From positions 55,838 to 119,837 of the IMG/VR virus record IMGVR_UViG_3300025848_000001: a DNA stretch of 64,000 nucleotides; one strand, 5' to 3'. Shown here in pieces: positions 19,773 through 29,434 of this stretch. Numbering within the stretch: the first letter of the stretch is position 1; each line of letters begins with the position of its first letter. The stretch comes from a virus. Taxonomy: Duplodnaviria > Caudoviricetes. The notes under the pieces are model-generated. The model ran no database searches, was not told where the DNA came from, and was given only the letters and a program-made list of their open reading frames with translations. The position numbers and the translations under genes are program-made.

Positions 19773-20085
19773 AAAAGACTATAAAGTATTTGGGGACAAA
19801 TTGTCCAAATACTACGTAACAATCAATGCTGAGTCCCCTGAGATTGCTTGGGATGCGGCGGCAGGCATGGATACACATCAGTGGGAACAAATCCCAACTG
19901 ATTATATAATCGAACCATACGCAGTAGAAGAAATAGAATAGATCTAAGAGCTTTGTACGGAATCGGACATTTCGGACATGGCTCTGGGCTAACGGGCCCA
20001 AAAATTGCTTTACGTAGGCTATTTACAAATTCGTAAATTTCCTATATAATATACATAATAACTCATCATGAAAGGATGAAAACAA

Positions 20086-20235
20086 ATGACTACACCAACA
20101 ACTACACGTGAATATCTAAAGGCCCAGGGAATTACCGTGGGTAAGCGTGGCCGCTTCTCAGCTGCAGCAAAGAATGCAATCTCAGAAGCCTCTAAGAAGG
20201 GCGTTGTCTTCTCAGACAAGAAGAACGTCAAGTAA
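20086..20235 (+). CDS. lsr2: stand-alone Lsr2 DNA-binding domain (49 aa)
   Basis: MTTPTTTREYLKAQGITVGKRGRFSAAAKNA: RGR AT-hook in Lsr2 C-domain context; GAAAGGA RBS. Confidence 0.7.
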   Translation: MTTPTTTREYLKAQGITVGKRGRFSAAAKNAISEASKKGVVFSDKKNVK

Positions 20236-20322
20236 TAACAATCGTGGTCCCCTACAGCCTCCTACGGGGCTTGTGGGGGATTCACTTTTTTGATATAATG
20301 CTAACAAAGAAAGGCGGATATA

Positions 20323-20658
20323 ATGGCAAAATCAAATGAAACTAAAGTAGCAGAAAAGTTGGCGGAAGGTCTAAATGATGTCACATTCTCACCAGCAGTT
20401 CTAGCAAATATCCTAACTACATATTATCCAATATATACCCAAGACAGGCTAATGGAGTTAGTCAAACATATAATCAAATATAATAAAATGCGTATGGAAA
20501 ATGAATGGGACAAAGGCAATACATCCGAAGGATTATTGATGGCGGACCTGCTAGATGATGTCCTAACAGCCAAATATGGGGCGGAAGCATATGAATTCCA
20601 AAACATAGAATCTAGAACAAGAGATCCAAAATATGCAATGGATGAAGATAGCTTCTAA
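20323..20658 (+). CDS. hypothetical protein
   Basis: GAAAGG RBS, TGATATAAT upstream. Confidence 0.65.
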   Translation: MAKSNETKVAEKLAEGLNDVTFSPAVLANILTTYYPIYTQDRLMELVKHIIKYNKMRMENEWDKGNTSEGLLMADLLDDVLTAKYGAEAYEFQNIESRTRDPKYAMDEDSF

Positions 20659-20729
20659 TTAAATAAATATAAAGCCCAATTAGCACATATAGCTTTAATT
20701 AGTTATATGTGCTTTTTGTTGTGCAAAAT

Positions 20730-21070
20730 TATGGGCCAAATATCGTTTTTACGACAATTGATCAAAATCGTGGAAATTTTGTAGCAAATAGATCTAAATC
20801 TGTCAAGAATATAACAGAATTGTTATAAATATGACAAAATTGATCAAAATCATGTGGGCAAATTTGATCATTTACGGGCAAATTTTAAAAATCGTGGAAA
20901 TTTTATCCAAAATCTATTGACAAAATTTGATCAATATGCCATTATATTACGATACGATTTAAGATTAATTGCGTTCCATTACACTAATATCTTTTTGTTA
21001 TAAATATAATAGTAATTGCTAGATAATTAATAGTATGATTCTCCACTTTACTCCACAATTCTCCACTTTA
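20730..21070. repeat. AT-rich non-coding repeat region at the strand convergence
   Basis: TTGATCA x4, AAAATCGTGGAAATTTT x2, CTCCAC x3 at 10-bp period. Confidence 0.65.
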
Positions 21071-21117
21071 AAAGCCTTTAAAAGGCTATTAGAAAGGAGA
21101 TAAATTGGAGGGGGATA

Positions 21118-21789
21118 TCAGAGATAGGCCTTAAATTCTTGTGGCATTTGGGCAAAATCTTCAGATGTGCAAAGTCTCTTTGGATTATTTGAATCTTCGC
21201 CAATACATCCACAAGATCCATCTTTATCGCTATATAGGCTATCTCCTCTAATATTTTTATTAAAATATTCTCCAAATGAGTCTGCGTTTCTTATTTCTCT
21301 TAATTCAGATACAGATATAGGATATTGTGCTGGGTTTCCATTTTTGAATATTGTAGTTAACATAAATGTACCTAGTGCTATATTGAACCACCATAATACT
21401 TTACCTAGGCTACTATCTATTTCACCCTTAGCCTTTGGTATCCCGCCATTTTCCATCAAATATACCTTTTCTTCCTCATTAAAGGACAGATAGGCTTCAA
21501 CCATATCATCATCTACATCAGTAATGTCTACACCATAAAGTTCAGCTGTAGCTTCAACCTCATCCCAGTCTTCTGGATTAGGATAGTTCTTATAAAATTC
21601 TTCAGAATCTCTCAAGCTAGTTTTATAGTCATCCATTATTTTAGCAATCAATTCTTGATCGTCTCTGTCTGGATAAGATGTGACTATATATCTAGCGTCA
21701 TATCTGGATATACCGTATTTTCTAACTAATTCGTTTATTCTGTCTTCTGTTAGATCTTTTACTAGATCAGCCACCATAAACTTCTTCAT
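21118..21789 (-). CDS. protein with C-terminal KTSC-like domain
   Basis: F.NG..QY.......ADSFGEYFNKNIRG. Confidence 0.6.
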   Translation of the reverse strand: MKKFMVADLVKDLTEDRINELVRKYGISRYDARYIVTSYPDRDDQELIAKIMDDYKTSLRDSEEFYKNYPNPEDWDEVEATAELYGVDITDVDDDMVEAYLSFNEEEKVYLMENGGIPKAKGEIDSSLGKVLWWFNIALGTFMLTTIFKNGNPAQYPISVSELREIRNADSFGEYFNKNIRGDSLYSDKDGSCGCIGEDSNNPKRLCTSEDFAQMPQEFKAYL

Positions 21790-21796
21790 AGTCCTA

Positions 21797-22084
21797 TTAT
21801 ACCTTTTCCTTGCCTAGAATCTGCTTTATAAGCTCTATTGGCGTTATTGGATCTTCATCTGGTAGTGAACCATATTTATGTAGTAATTTAAGCAATATTC
21901 CAGCTAGAAATATATCATCTGAATATGCCATCCATGGGAATAATATATCAAATAGGTCTATTGGTACTAATATGTATCCTACACAAGCCGCCGCCACAAT
22001 TTTGACCCATATTGGAGATCTATCAAATTGATCTTTATAGGGTCTAATTATTTGGCGAATTGGGGTTCTATTTTTGCGTTTCAC
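21797..22084 (-). CDS. DUF1232/YkvA-like membrane protein
   Basis: Y.L.PIDL..........DD motif. Confidence 0.7.
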   Translation of the reverse strand: MKRKNRTPIRQIIRPYKDQFDRSPIWVKIVAAACVGYILVPIDLFDILFPWMAYSDDIFLAGILLKLLHKYGSLPDEDPITPIELIKQILGKEKV

Positions 22085-22238
22085 TTAATCCCATAAATTA
22101 TATGCGTATTCTGGCGAATTTAAGGATATCATCCTAGATTTGCCACATGGGCATGGTGGAGCTTTATGTATTTGATCTTCTGGCAATTCAGTCTCTATTG
22201 ATAATAATGTCTTACATTCCTTACATTTAAACATATAT

Positions 22239-22835
22239 TTAGTCATTATTATCCTCCAATAAAACTAAATTTTCTTTAATTAATGAAACTGATATATCGT
22301 CAGCTATTATAGATATGTCCTTCACATATAGGGATATTGATTCTTCTCTATGGGATTCTAGATTTTTCGTACTATTCCCGCCTATAAAAATCATACATGG
22401 ACTAATTTTATCATCAAATTCATAGGAAGTTATCAAATTGTTATCAATATAAAAAGATACTGATTTTTCATTTAATAATAAATCTAGGTTATGCCAATCT
22501 TTATCTTCTATTGGACACCCCTCCCATATTTTTAATTCAAACCCATTATTTCTAATGTAAGTTATTAAATTTTCATTTTGGTAGACTAAAGATGCAAATG
22601 AATGATATTCTGCACTGTGTTTAAAATCAACATCAATTATTGCAGCATTGTTTATAGGATTATCTGAATATTTAAATTTCATGTTAAATTTAAGTGTTTT
22701 ATCAAAATTTATCAAATCATATGAGCCCAAACATCCAAATTTTTTAAAACCAGATAAGCCTATCTCATCAGATAATATTTTTAAATTATTTATGTTTGCC
22801 CATTCTAACATTTTGTTATTTTCCTTTAAATCCAC
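22239..22835 (-). CDS. hypothetical protein (LamG/ConA-like)
   Basis: DKDWHNL...SFYIDN...IFIGG. Confidence 0.45.
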   Translation of the reverse strand: MDLKENNKMLEWANINNLKILSDEIGLSGFKKFGCLGSYDLINFDKTLKFNMKFKYSDNPINNAAIIDVDFKHSAEYHSFASLVYQNENLITYIRNNGFELKIWEGCPIEDKDWHNLDLLLNEKSVSFYIDNNLITSYEFDDKISPCMIFIGGNSTKNLESHREESISLYVKDISIIADDISVSLIKENLVLLEDNND

Positions 22836-23280
22836 CTATATTTGGATCCATTAAGCCTGGCTCTAATCCATTGGGATATTTACTATAGAATACTCCTTCG
22901 GCTTCCCGCCCCGCCTGTTCTACAACAAATCCATTTTCACGATCAAATAAAACATAATCTAGCTCTTGAACATCAAAGTATTGCTTGAATATTCTTAGTG
23001 CCTTATGTAGGTCAAGTGTTCCGCATGTATAGAGATCAAATTGAATTAAGCCTGGATCTATCTCATCCCAAATATGAAATGCAATATGGCTAGTTTCAAT
23101 CATAACTACTGCGGTTAGACCTTTATTGCCTTCTGCATCAACATATGATGCAAATGGTCCTTTAATAATTTTCATATCAATCTGGTTAACTAAGAATTTT
23201 AGAAATTCAATACCCTGTTCTTCGGTATTCATTGGGTTCTTTACTTTAGCGTTAACGAGTAAATGCTTATGATATATCAT
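22816..23280 (-). CDS. speD: S-adenosylmethionine decarboxylase proenzyme-like
   Basis: HLL, GLTAVVMIETSHIAFHIW, FDLYTCG. Confidence 0.8.
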   Translation of the reverse strand: MIYHKHLLVNAKVKNPMNTEEQGIEFLKFLVNQIDMKIIKGPFASYVDAEGNKGLTAVVMIETSHIAFHIWDEIDPGLIQFDLYTCGTLDLHKALRIFKQYFDVQELDYVLFDRENGFVVEQAGREAEGVFYSKYPNGLEPGLMDPNIGGFKGK

Positions 23281-23538
23281 TATGCTCCTCACATACAAAT
23301 ATTATTCGATACCCGTCCGAATTTATACCAACGGATGCCTTCTTACAAAAATTGCATACAGATGCTATTTTAACATTTCTATCCCTCAAATGCTGCAGAT
23401 ATGCAGCCTGAAATGGATCTTTCGGAAGAGGGTAATTGCTCACTATCCAATTTTACAATTTATGACAGGTACTGTCAATATACCCTTCTACTTTTCCGCT
23501 TCACTTTTTGAGCTCCAAAATAGTATAATATGTGTATT

Positions 23539-24111
23539 ATGAGTAATAAATTATTAGATTTAATTTCAGAAGCAAAAGATAGCAATAAAACCTATGCAGT
23601 TTTTAAAAATTGGAGAACCCCGCCAGATACAAAAATAATATCAGAATTACATGCAAATAATAAAGAAAGATATGCAAGAACTTCTATAATAAGTAAATAC
23701 AATGAAAAAGAAATTGATTCTTTTTTAAATGAATGCTTATCTGTATACGATATACCAGAATATGCTTTTTACATTATAAAAGGAATGTCTGGCCATGGAC
23801 ATAGTACACACAAAGATCCATACGATATAATTCACTGGCAGTGTAGTGGTTCTACTGAATGGAAAATTGGCAAAAAAGAAATAGGTAAATTATGGGAAGC
23901 TGGGCAAGCAAAAAATGAAAAAGATGGTTTTACAAAATGGAAAGTTAGTTGGCTAGAAGAACCAGATACTTTTATATTAGAGCCAGGTGACATAATGTGG
24001 TTTAGAGGAGACGCTGGCACTGATAGTGGCGCTTGGCATAGCACTCTTAATTTAGATGATAAATATTCAATAGTTTTCGATGCTGGCAAAGAAGAATTTC
24101 CAGAATATTAA
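23539..24111 (+). CDS. JmjC/cupin-like oxygenase
   Basis: HKD...WQCSG...W, LEPGDI, WH. Confidence 0.65.
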   Translation: MSNKLLDLISEAKDSNKTYAVFKNWRTPPDTKIISELHANNKERYARTSIISKYNEKEIDSFLNECLSVYDIPEYAFYIIKGMSGHGHSTHKDPYDIIHWQCSGSTEWKIGKKEIGKLWEAGQAKNEKDGFTKWKVSWLEEPDTFILEPGDIMWFRGDAGTDSGAWHSTLNLDDKYSIVFDAGKEEFPEY

Positions 24112-24115
24112 TCAT

Positions 24116-24712
24116 TTACACATAAGCAATATCTGTACATATTCTAGATCCGCTAGTTACTTCAGTTACAAGATGGATTGTATTTGAATCAAAAACTATT
24201 GCTTCTCCAGATAGTGGTTTTATTTTAATGTCATTTTTATTAACTTCAAATGTTTGATTTAAAAAATCAACACCAACACCACTTTCATTTTTAAAAATTA
24301 CCTCTCCGCCTTCATAATCGCTAGTGAAATATAAAAGTATTGTTATATTTGGAACCTTTTTGCCATCTTTTGAATCCCAAGAATCACTGTGAAACCCAAT
24401 GCTAGACCCTATGTTCCAGGTTTTAATCCAGTATACTTCTTCTCCGTCAAGACGATAATCGTTTAAATTTTTATTAAAATGATTTGTATATATTTTTAAA
24501 ATATTTTTTGTGATCGGATTTAAAATTTCAAAAATATTTTTTTCTGGATAATTTAAATCTTTAGTTACTTCTACGTAATCACCACATCTAAAATGCTTGA
24601 TTTCAAATTTTTCAGATTTTGACAGCAAAAGAACTTTTTCGATATCTTCTTTAGAAATACAATTATTTAAATAAAGACCTTTATCATATATAATGCTATT
24701 TAATTCAAACAT
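24116..24712 (-). CDS. 2OG-Fe(II) oxygenase
   Basis: HSD, YFTSDYEGGE, HLV.EV.SG.R. Confidence 0.85.
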   Translation of the reverse strand: MFELNSIIYDKGLYLNNCISKEDIEKVLLLSKSEKFEIKHFRCGDYVEVTKDLNYPEKNIFEILNPITKNILKIYTNHFNKNLNDYRLDGEEVYWIKTWNIGSSIGFHSDSWDSKDGKKVPNITILLYFTSDYEGGEVIFKNESGVGVDFLNQTFEVNKNDIKIKPLSGEAIVFDSNTIHLVTEVTSGSRICTDIAYV

Positions 24713-24890
24713 ATATATATTATAGCAAATTATTTATTATTCTTAATAATATCAACAGCAAGCAATTTAAATCCAAGTGCGTTTATTTGATGTGGAGCAT
24801 TTAAATCTATTTCATCTAATAACTTTAAAATGCGTTCTTGTTCTTGCTTTACTGCCTTCTTACAGCCTTGACATGGACATAACCAGGCCA

Positions 24891-25106
24891 TTACTTGATT
24901 CTTTTTACTTTAGCCCAAAGACGCTCATGAATATAATATCCTAAAGCTTCCCACGCAATGTATCCTAAAGCACCCAGAGTAGCATATTCATACTCTACAT
25001 CGCCAGTTATAGCATAAGTAACAATAGCAATAATTCCTGCTACTCCAATTAAATGAAATGTTTCCCAGCTTAATGTTTTTAATAATGTTCTTTTATTTGA
25101 TTCCAT
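24891..25106 (-). CDS. DUF2061-like membrane protein
   Basis: KTLSW...YYIHERLW. Confidence 0.7.
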   Translation of the reverse strand: MESNKRTLLKTLSWETFHLIGVAGIIAIVTYAITGDVEYEYATLGALGYIAWEALGYYIHERLWAKVKRIK

Positions 25107-25437
25107 TTTTAATTAGCCTAAAGGCATCTCCTGTTTCGTAATCTTCATAATCCCAATCGAGATTATATTTTTCCCAGTAAGGTACACCTTCTTCGTCATA
25201 ATCATTCCAGCCATCCCCGCTCATATCAAAACTAAACTCATAAAATGTACCAAATTTATAATATACAGGCCAAGTAATTTTCCAAATAAATGAATGCATC
25301 TTGTACTGCCACCCAAAATTTTCTAGTTCGTCTTCGTAGGATATCTTCATAATTGCCCATCCTGCAATTGAACCACACATATTTGCAAACCAAAGTAAGG
25401 GAAGAACTTTAGTTTTATTTACTTTTAAATTACTCAT
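25093..25437 (-). CDS. hypothetical protein
   Basis: ORF in operon. Confidence 0.5.
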   Translation of the reverse strand: MSNLKVNKTKVLPLLWFANMCGSIAGWAIMKISYEDELENFGWQYKMHSFIWKITWPVYYKFGTFYEFSFDMSGDGWNDYDEEGVPYWEKYNLDWDYEDYETGDAFRLIKNGIK

Positions 25438-25600
25438 GGTCTATCTCTTCTTCCCAGTCCATCTCCCAAGACTCCAAAGACTTAGCAAGATCGTCAAATG
25501 CTCTGTATGCGGTAAATGCTGCTGCAAATGCCGCCAATGCTATTATACTAATTTTTTTCATATACATATATTATACTTTATTTATATAACCTAGTCAATA

Positions 25601-26377
25601 TCAATCAAAATATTTTTTAGTCCAAAATTTTTCTTTATAATTTGTTGTATGTTCTATACTATCTTTATTTTCATACATTAATTTCATTTGTTTTCTATGC
25701 TCTAAGGATTGTTCTTCATCATAATAAATATTTTCATGCTCCCACTCTTCATTTTTAAACGGTATTATTTGCATATATGGGGTGCCAGCTTTTATAACGC
25801 CTTCAAAATCTTCCTGAATAAAAAATGGAGCAAGTCCACCATTTATATAGCTACTGCAATCAACAATTCCAGAAACAGTTAAAAATGGTAAATCAAATCT
25901 ATTAAGTGGGTGTGTAAATAACGCTATGTAGCCCTCTGGTAATTGTGGAAACCAATTTGTTGACCAAGTAAAGTGAACTGGGCTATATCCCTCTGGTGTT
26001 GGAAACCCATGTCCTTCACCCCTAATATTACAAAATGCAAAATTTTTAAGATTTACGTTGTTTGAAAACTTTTCATCTATTTTGATAGAATATGAATCTT
26101 TATTTTTTTTTATCTCTATATCGCATGGGGTAAATAGTAAATACCCTGAAGATATAGAATCAAAAACTGCTGGACAAGATTTAAAAGTTTTTTGTCTATC
26201 AAATTTTGTAGATCCATCTTTTGTTTTATAAAAATTTAAAGCTATGTTACCAAATTTATCTCTTATATATTTATCTGCAGACATAAACCAATTAGGGATA
26301 AACTTTTTTGCTGGAGCTGGATTAAATTCTTTGGCAGAATTATTTTGAAAAGTTTTAGAATGAAAAATTATTTTCAT
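25601..26377 (-). CDS. DUF6065-like / dUTPase-fold hypothetical protein
   Basis: FKSCPA, GYLLFTPCD, HPLNRFDLPF, GTPYMQIIPF. Confidence 0.6.
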   Translation of the reverse strand: MKIIFHSKTFQNNSAKEFNPAPAKKFIPNWFMSADKYIRDKFGNIALNFYKTKDGSTKFDRQKTFKSCPAVFDSISSGYLLFTPCDIEIKKNKDSYSIKIDEKFSNNVNLKNFAFCNIRGEGHGFPTPEGYSPVHFTWSTNWFPQLPEGYIALFTHPLNRFDLPFLTVSGIVDCSSYINGGLAPFFIQEDFEGVIKAGTPYMQIIPFKNEEWEHENIYYDEEQSLEHRKQMKLMYENKDSIEHTTNYKEKFWTKKYFD

Positions 26378-27039
26378 TTAATTAACCCAACTATTCCAAT
26401 ATTTAATAAAGATTTTTTTATAGGAAATTGTGGAACTTCTGGGGAAAGCCAATCATGAAGACACGTCACTATCGCATATTTTGTGCCAGATGTTACTGGG
26501 TGAGCTTTATGAGTATAAGCAAAATTAGAAGGAAAAAAAATCATGCTATTTGCTTCTGGTTTTAATTTCAAATTAAAATTTGTAAATTCTATTTCTCCTC
26601 CATCATAATCATCATTTAAATATATTACAACAGAAACAGATCTTGCTGTTTCTGTTGATCCATCAAAATGAGGTTTATATTCTTCATTATTACTATATTT
26701 TAAAACTGTATAAGGCTCATGATAAAGTTCAAATGGAATGTTATATCTATTTTTATACCAAGCAATTGCTTCCTCCACTTTGGTAAAAATTAAATTATGA
26801 ATTTTTTTTGCATTTTCGTTTCCAAATTTTGCATTTTTAGTTATAGCCATAGTGTAATTAGTTCTTACATTTTGGTCTGATCCATATCCAATTGTACCCG
26901 CTTTTTCCCAACTCCATGACTCTTGTTTTAAATTTAATTTATTTTCTTTTTCAAGAATATTTATAATTTCATGTGAATCAGAAAAAACATCTTTAAATAC
27001 TACTATGCAGCTACCTAGATCTTTATCGGGGTTTATCAT
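26374..27039 (-). CDS. 2OG-Fe(II) oxygenase
   Basis: HFD, YLNDDYDGGE, FPSNFAYTH, GTKY. Confidence 0.88.
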   Translation of the reverse strand: MINPDKDLGSCIVVFKDVFSDSHEIINILEKENKLNLKQESWSWEKAGTIGYGSDQNVRTNYTMAITKNAKFGNENAKKIHNLIFTKVEEAIAWYKNRYNIPFELYHEPYTVLKYSNNEEYKPHFDGSTETARSVSVVIYLNDDYDGGEIEFTNFNLKLKPEANSMIFFPSNFAYTHKAHPVTSGTKYAIVTCLHDWLSPEVPQFPIKKSLLNIGIVGLIK

Positions 27040-27040
27040 T

Positions 27041-27502
27041 TTAATTTAAAAGTGAGGGAACCCATTCATCAATTTGCTCTGGCGTAACATTTGGAGACAT
27101 TGATCTAAACTGATTTTTATCAACTAAAAACTTTGTAAAGTTCCACGGAACTGCATCAAAATCAGCTTTAGAAACTAAATATTTAAATAAAGGATGAGCA
27201 TTTTCTCCATTTACATCAATTTTTTCTGAAATAATAAAATCTACGCCATACCTAGTCTCGCAAAAATTTTTAATTTCTTCGTTAGATCCTGGCTCCTGAT
27301 TACCAAATTGATTACAAGGAAATCCTATCACTACTAGACCCTTGTCTGCATATTTTTTATGAAGTTCCTGTAGCCCCTTATACTGTTCAGTAAAACCGCA
27401 GTTACTGGCTACATTAACAATTAAAAGTAAATTGTCTTTAAATTTTGATAATTCTATTAAATTACCTTTATTATCCGTAAAGCTATAATCATATATTGAC
27501 AT
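27041..27502 (-). CDS. gpx: glutathione peroxidase family (Cys-type)
   Basis: NVASNCGFT, GFPCNQFGNQE, WNFTKFLV. Confidence 0.92.
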   Translation of the reverse strand: MSIYDYSFTDNKGNLIELSKFKDNLLLIVNVASNCGFTEQYKGLQELHKKYADKGLVVIGFPCNQFGNQEPGSNEEIKNFCETRYGVDFIISEKIDVNGENAHPLFKYLVSKADFDAVPWNFTKFLVDKNQFRSMSPNVTPEQIDEWVPSLLN

Positions 27503-27578
27503 TTTGATTCCTTATTATAAAAACAAATATAAAAAATATTTGCCTGTGCTATATAATACTATATTATATAGCCAATTG

Positions 27579-28118
27579 TCAAGGTTTAAAAACAAACTTT
27601 TGAATTACTATTCTTTCTCCAGATATATACTCCATGACTTCGTGCATTTCTTCTGATGGAAAAATTACAAGAGTCCCATCTTTAGGAGTAATTTTAAGAT
27701 TTAAATCTGGGAACACTAAGTCCCCGCCTTCACAATTATGTGCAAGATAAAATATTGCAGTAAGCATTGGCTGGGGATGATCTATTAATTCTAAAGAAAC
27801 ATCCTGAATGTGATCATTATGAAGTTCCATACCTCTACCAGGAACAGTCCAGCCTATTAAAATCCATTCCGAAAAATGATATTCTTTTTTATCTAAATTA
27901 AAATTTTTTATATACTCTTCTAGGTACGGGTTAAATAAATTATCTAAATCTAATGTTGATGGCATTGATTTATCCATTACCATTCTATAACCAGTGTGAT
28001 GCTCTACTAAATCATATTTTCTTTTTTCGTATTCTTGCAAAATATTAATTTTTAAATCTGTGATATTTTTTGCAGTATTATCCCACACCATTACCCTGTT
28101 TAAATTATTTTGTATCAA
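27579..28118 (-). CDS. 2OG-Fe(II) oxygenase
   Basis: HND, YL...EGGDL, HEV...SGER. Confidence 0.8.
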   Translation of the reverse strand: MIQNNLNRVMVWDNTAKNITDLKINILQEYEKRKYDLVEHHTGYRMVMDKSMPSTLDLDNLFNPYLEEYIKNFNLDKKEYHFSEWILIGWTVPGRGMELHNDHIQDVSLELIDHPQPMLTAIFYLAHNCEGGDLVFPDLNLKITPKDGTLVIFPSEEMHEVMEYISGERIVIQKFVFKP

Positions 28119-28782
28119 GATTTAAAACCTGCCTAGCTTTAAGTTCAAATAAATCAAAAAGCTTTTTACTATACTCTTGCTTTAAGCCGTCTACTGGATG
28201 TGGCGCCAGGTTGTGAGTCATGCTTGGGGTTAATTCCCTAACACCTAAACATTCTAAAATTTCTTTTTGAGTAATTAAAATTTCTATATTGTTACTATCA
28301 CATAGTTCATAAAGTTTATTTAAAAATTTCTTATTTTGTTCCAATCTTTCTTCATGTGTATAATATGGGCTAATGCCCTCATATTTTAAAATCATTTCTG
28401 TAAATTGAGGTAAAGGTTCTATAATGTATATTTTTGAATTTTTAAAATAAGATTTCAATTGATTAATATATTTTTCAACAACAAGCTCTGCATTATTATA
28501 TTTTGTTAAATGAGTTCTTATATCTACATATCCAAACCAAGAAAATACTATGGAATCGTCTTTTATTTCATTAAAACCAATTTGTCCATCGCCTTCAAAA
28601 TCTCTAATTTCTTTTCCAGAAGACATTTCGTTTTCATTTTTCATACTTTCAAAATCTATATCCCATATTTTTTTTGCTGCTTTGCCCCAAAATAAAATAT
28701 CTAACTGGCTTTCTTCCTTTACGTAATGTTCTTGAACTCTAGAAAGGTGACAATCCCCGATCATATAAATTTTATTTTGCAT
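28105..28782 (-). CDS. SGNH/GDSL-like hypothetical protein
   Basis: IGDCH, FGYVDIR. Confidence 0.5.
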   Translation of the reverse strand: MQNKIYMIGDCHLSRVQEHYVKEESQLDILFWGKAAKKIWDIDFESMKNENEMSSGKEIRDFEGDGQIGFNEIKDDSIVFSWFGYVDIRTHLTKYNNAELVVEKYINQLKSYFKNSKIYIIEPLPQFTEMILKYEGISPYYTHEERLEQNKKFLNKLYELCDSNNIEILITQKEILECLGVRELTPSMTHNLAPHPVDGLKQEYSKKLFDLFELKARQVLNLDTK

Positions 28783-29434
28783 TATCCCAAATCCTTTCTG
28801 ATTCAAAACCTTCAAATTCATATTCTTTTTCTTTTACTGACCATAAAATTATAGCATATTTTACACCGCTATTTATTTTTTTGCCTCCGTGCCACTGATC
28901 TGCTGGGAATACAATTGCATCAAAACTTTTAGGCTTAAAGACAAAACCATTATTTATATCTGAATATAAATAAAAGTTTGAATCATATGCTGAAGAAATA
29001 AATTCTTTTTTATTAAAATTATTAACAAATGTAACTTCTCCGCCAGAGTAATCTTCATTTAAATATATAACGCAACTCCAATTTAGAGATGCAAATGAAT
29101 TATGTATATCTTGATGCATTCTTAACTGTATACCTTCAGATAATTTTGTTATAGAAACTCCATAAAAATATAAATTTTCTTTTAAATTATATTCATCATT
29201 TAAAAACTTAATAAATTTTTTTGAATATTTATTAATAACGTTTTCTAAATCTTTAAATAAATTTGGAGCTTTTTCGTCTGGGAAAACTGCCCTTAATGCA
29301 ATTCCCTCATTAAAAGCAACACCAATTCTTTTTCTAAAAAGATTATCTTTATGTGAATTTTTATCTATCCAGTCAATTAAAAAAATAGCATCTTCTTCTT
29401 CTATAAAGTTGTTAATTATTTTTATTTTATCCAT
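28772..29434 (-). CDS. 2OG-Fe(II) oxygenase
   Basis: HQD, YLNEDYSGGE, WHG...SG.KY. Confidence 0.85.
   Translation of the reverse strand: MDKIKIINNFIEEEDAIFLIDWIDKNSHKDNLFRKRIGVAFNEGIALRAVFPDEKAPNLFKDLENVINKYSKKFIKFLNDEYNLKENLYFYGVSITKLSEGIQLRMHQDIHNSFASLNWSCVIYLNEDYSGGEVTFVNNFNKKEFISSAYDSNFYLYSDINNGFVFKPKSFDAIVFPADQWHGGKKINSGVKYAIILWSVKEKEYEFEGFESERIWDNAK

Larger units (their letters stand above)
11014..20900 (+). repeat. dispersed fixed-spacing element GCCCGCA-N8-GG-N14-TTACG-N14/16-CCCT
   Basis: full copies at 11014, 12438, 14772, 16017, 17720; partial GG-N14-TTACG copies near 19994, 20733, 20856. Confidence 0.8.
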
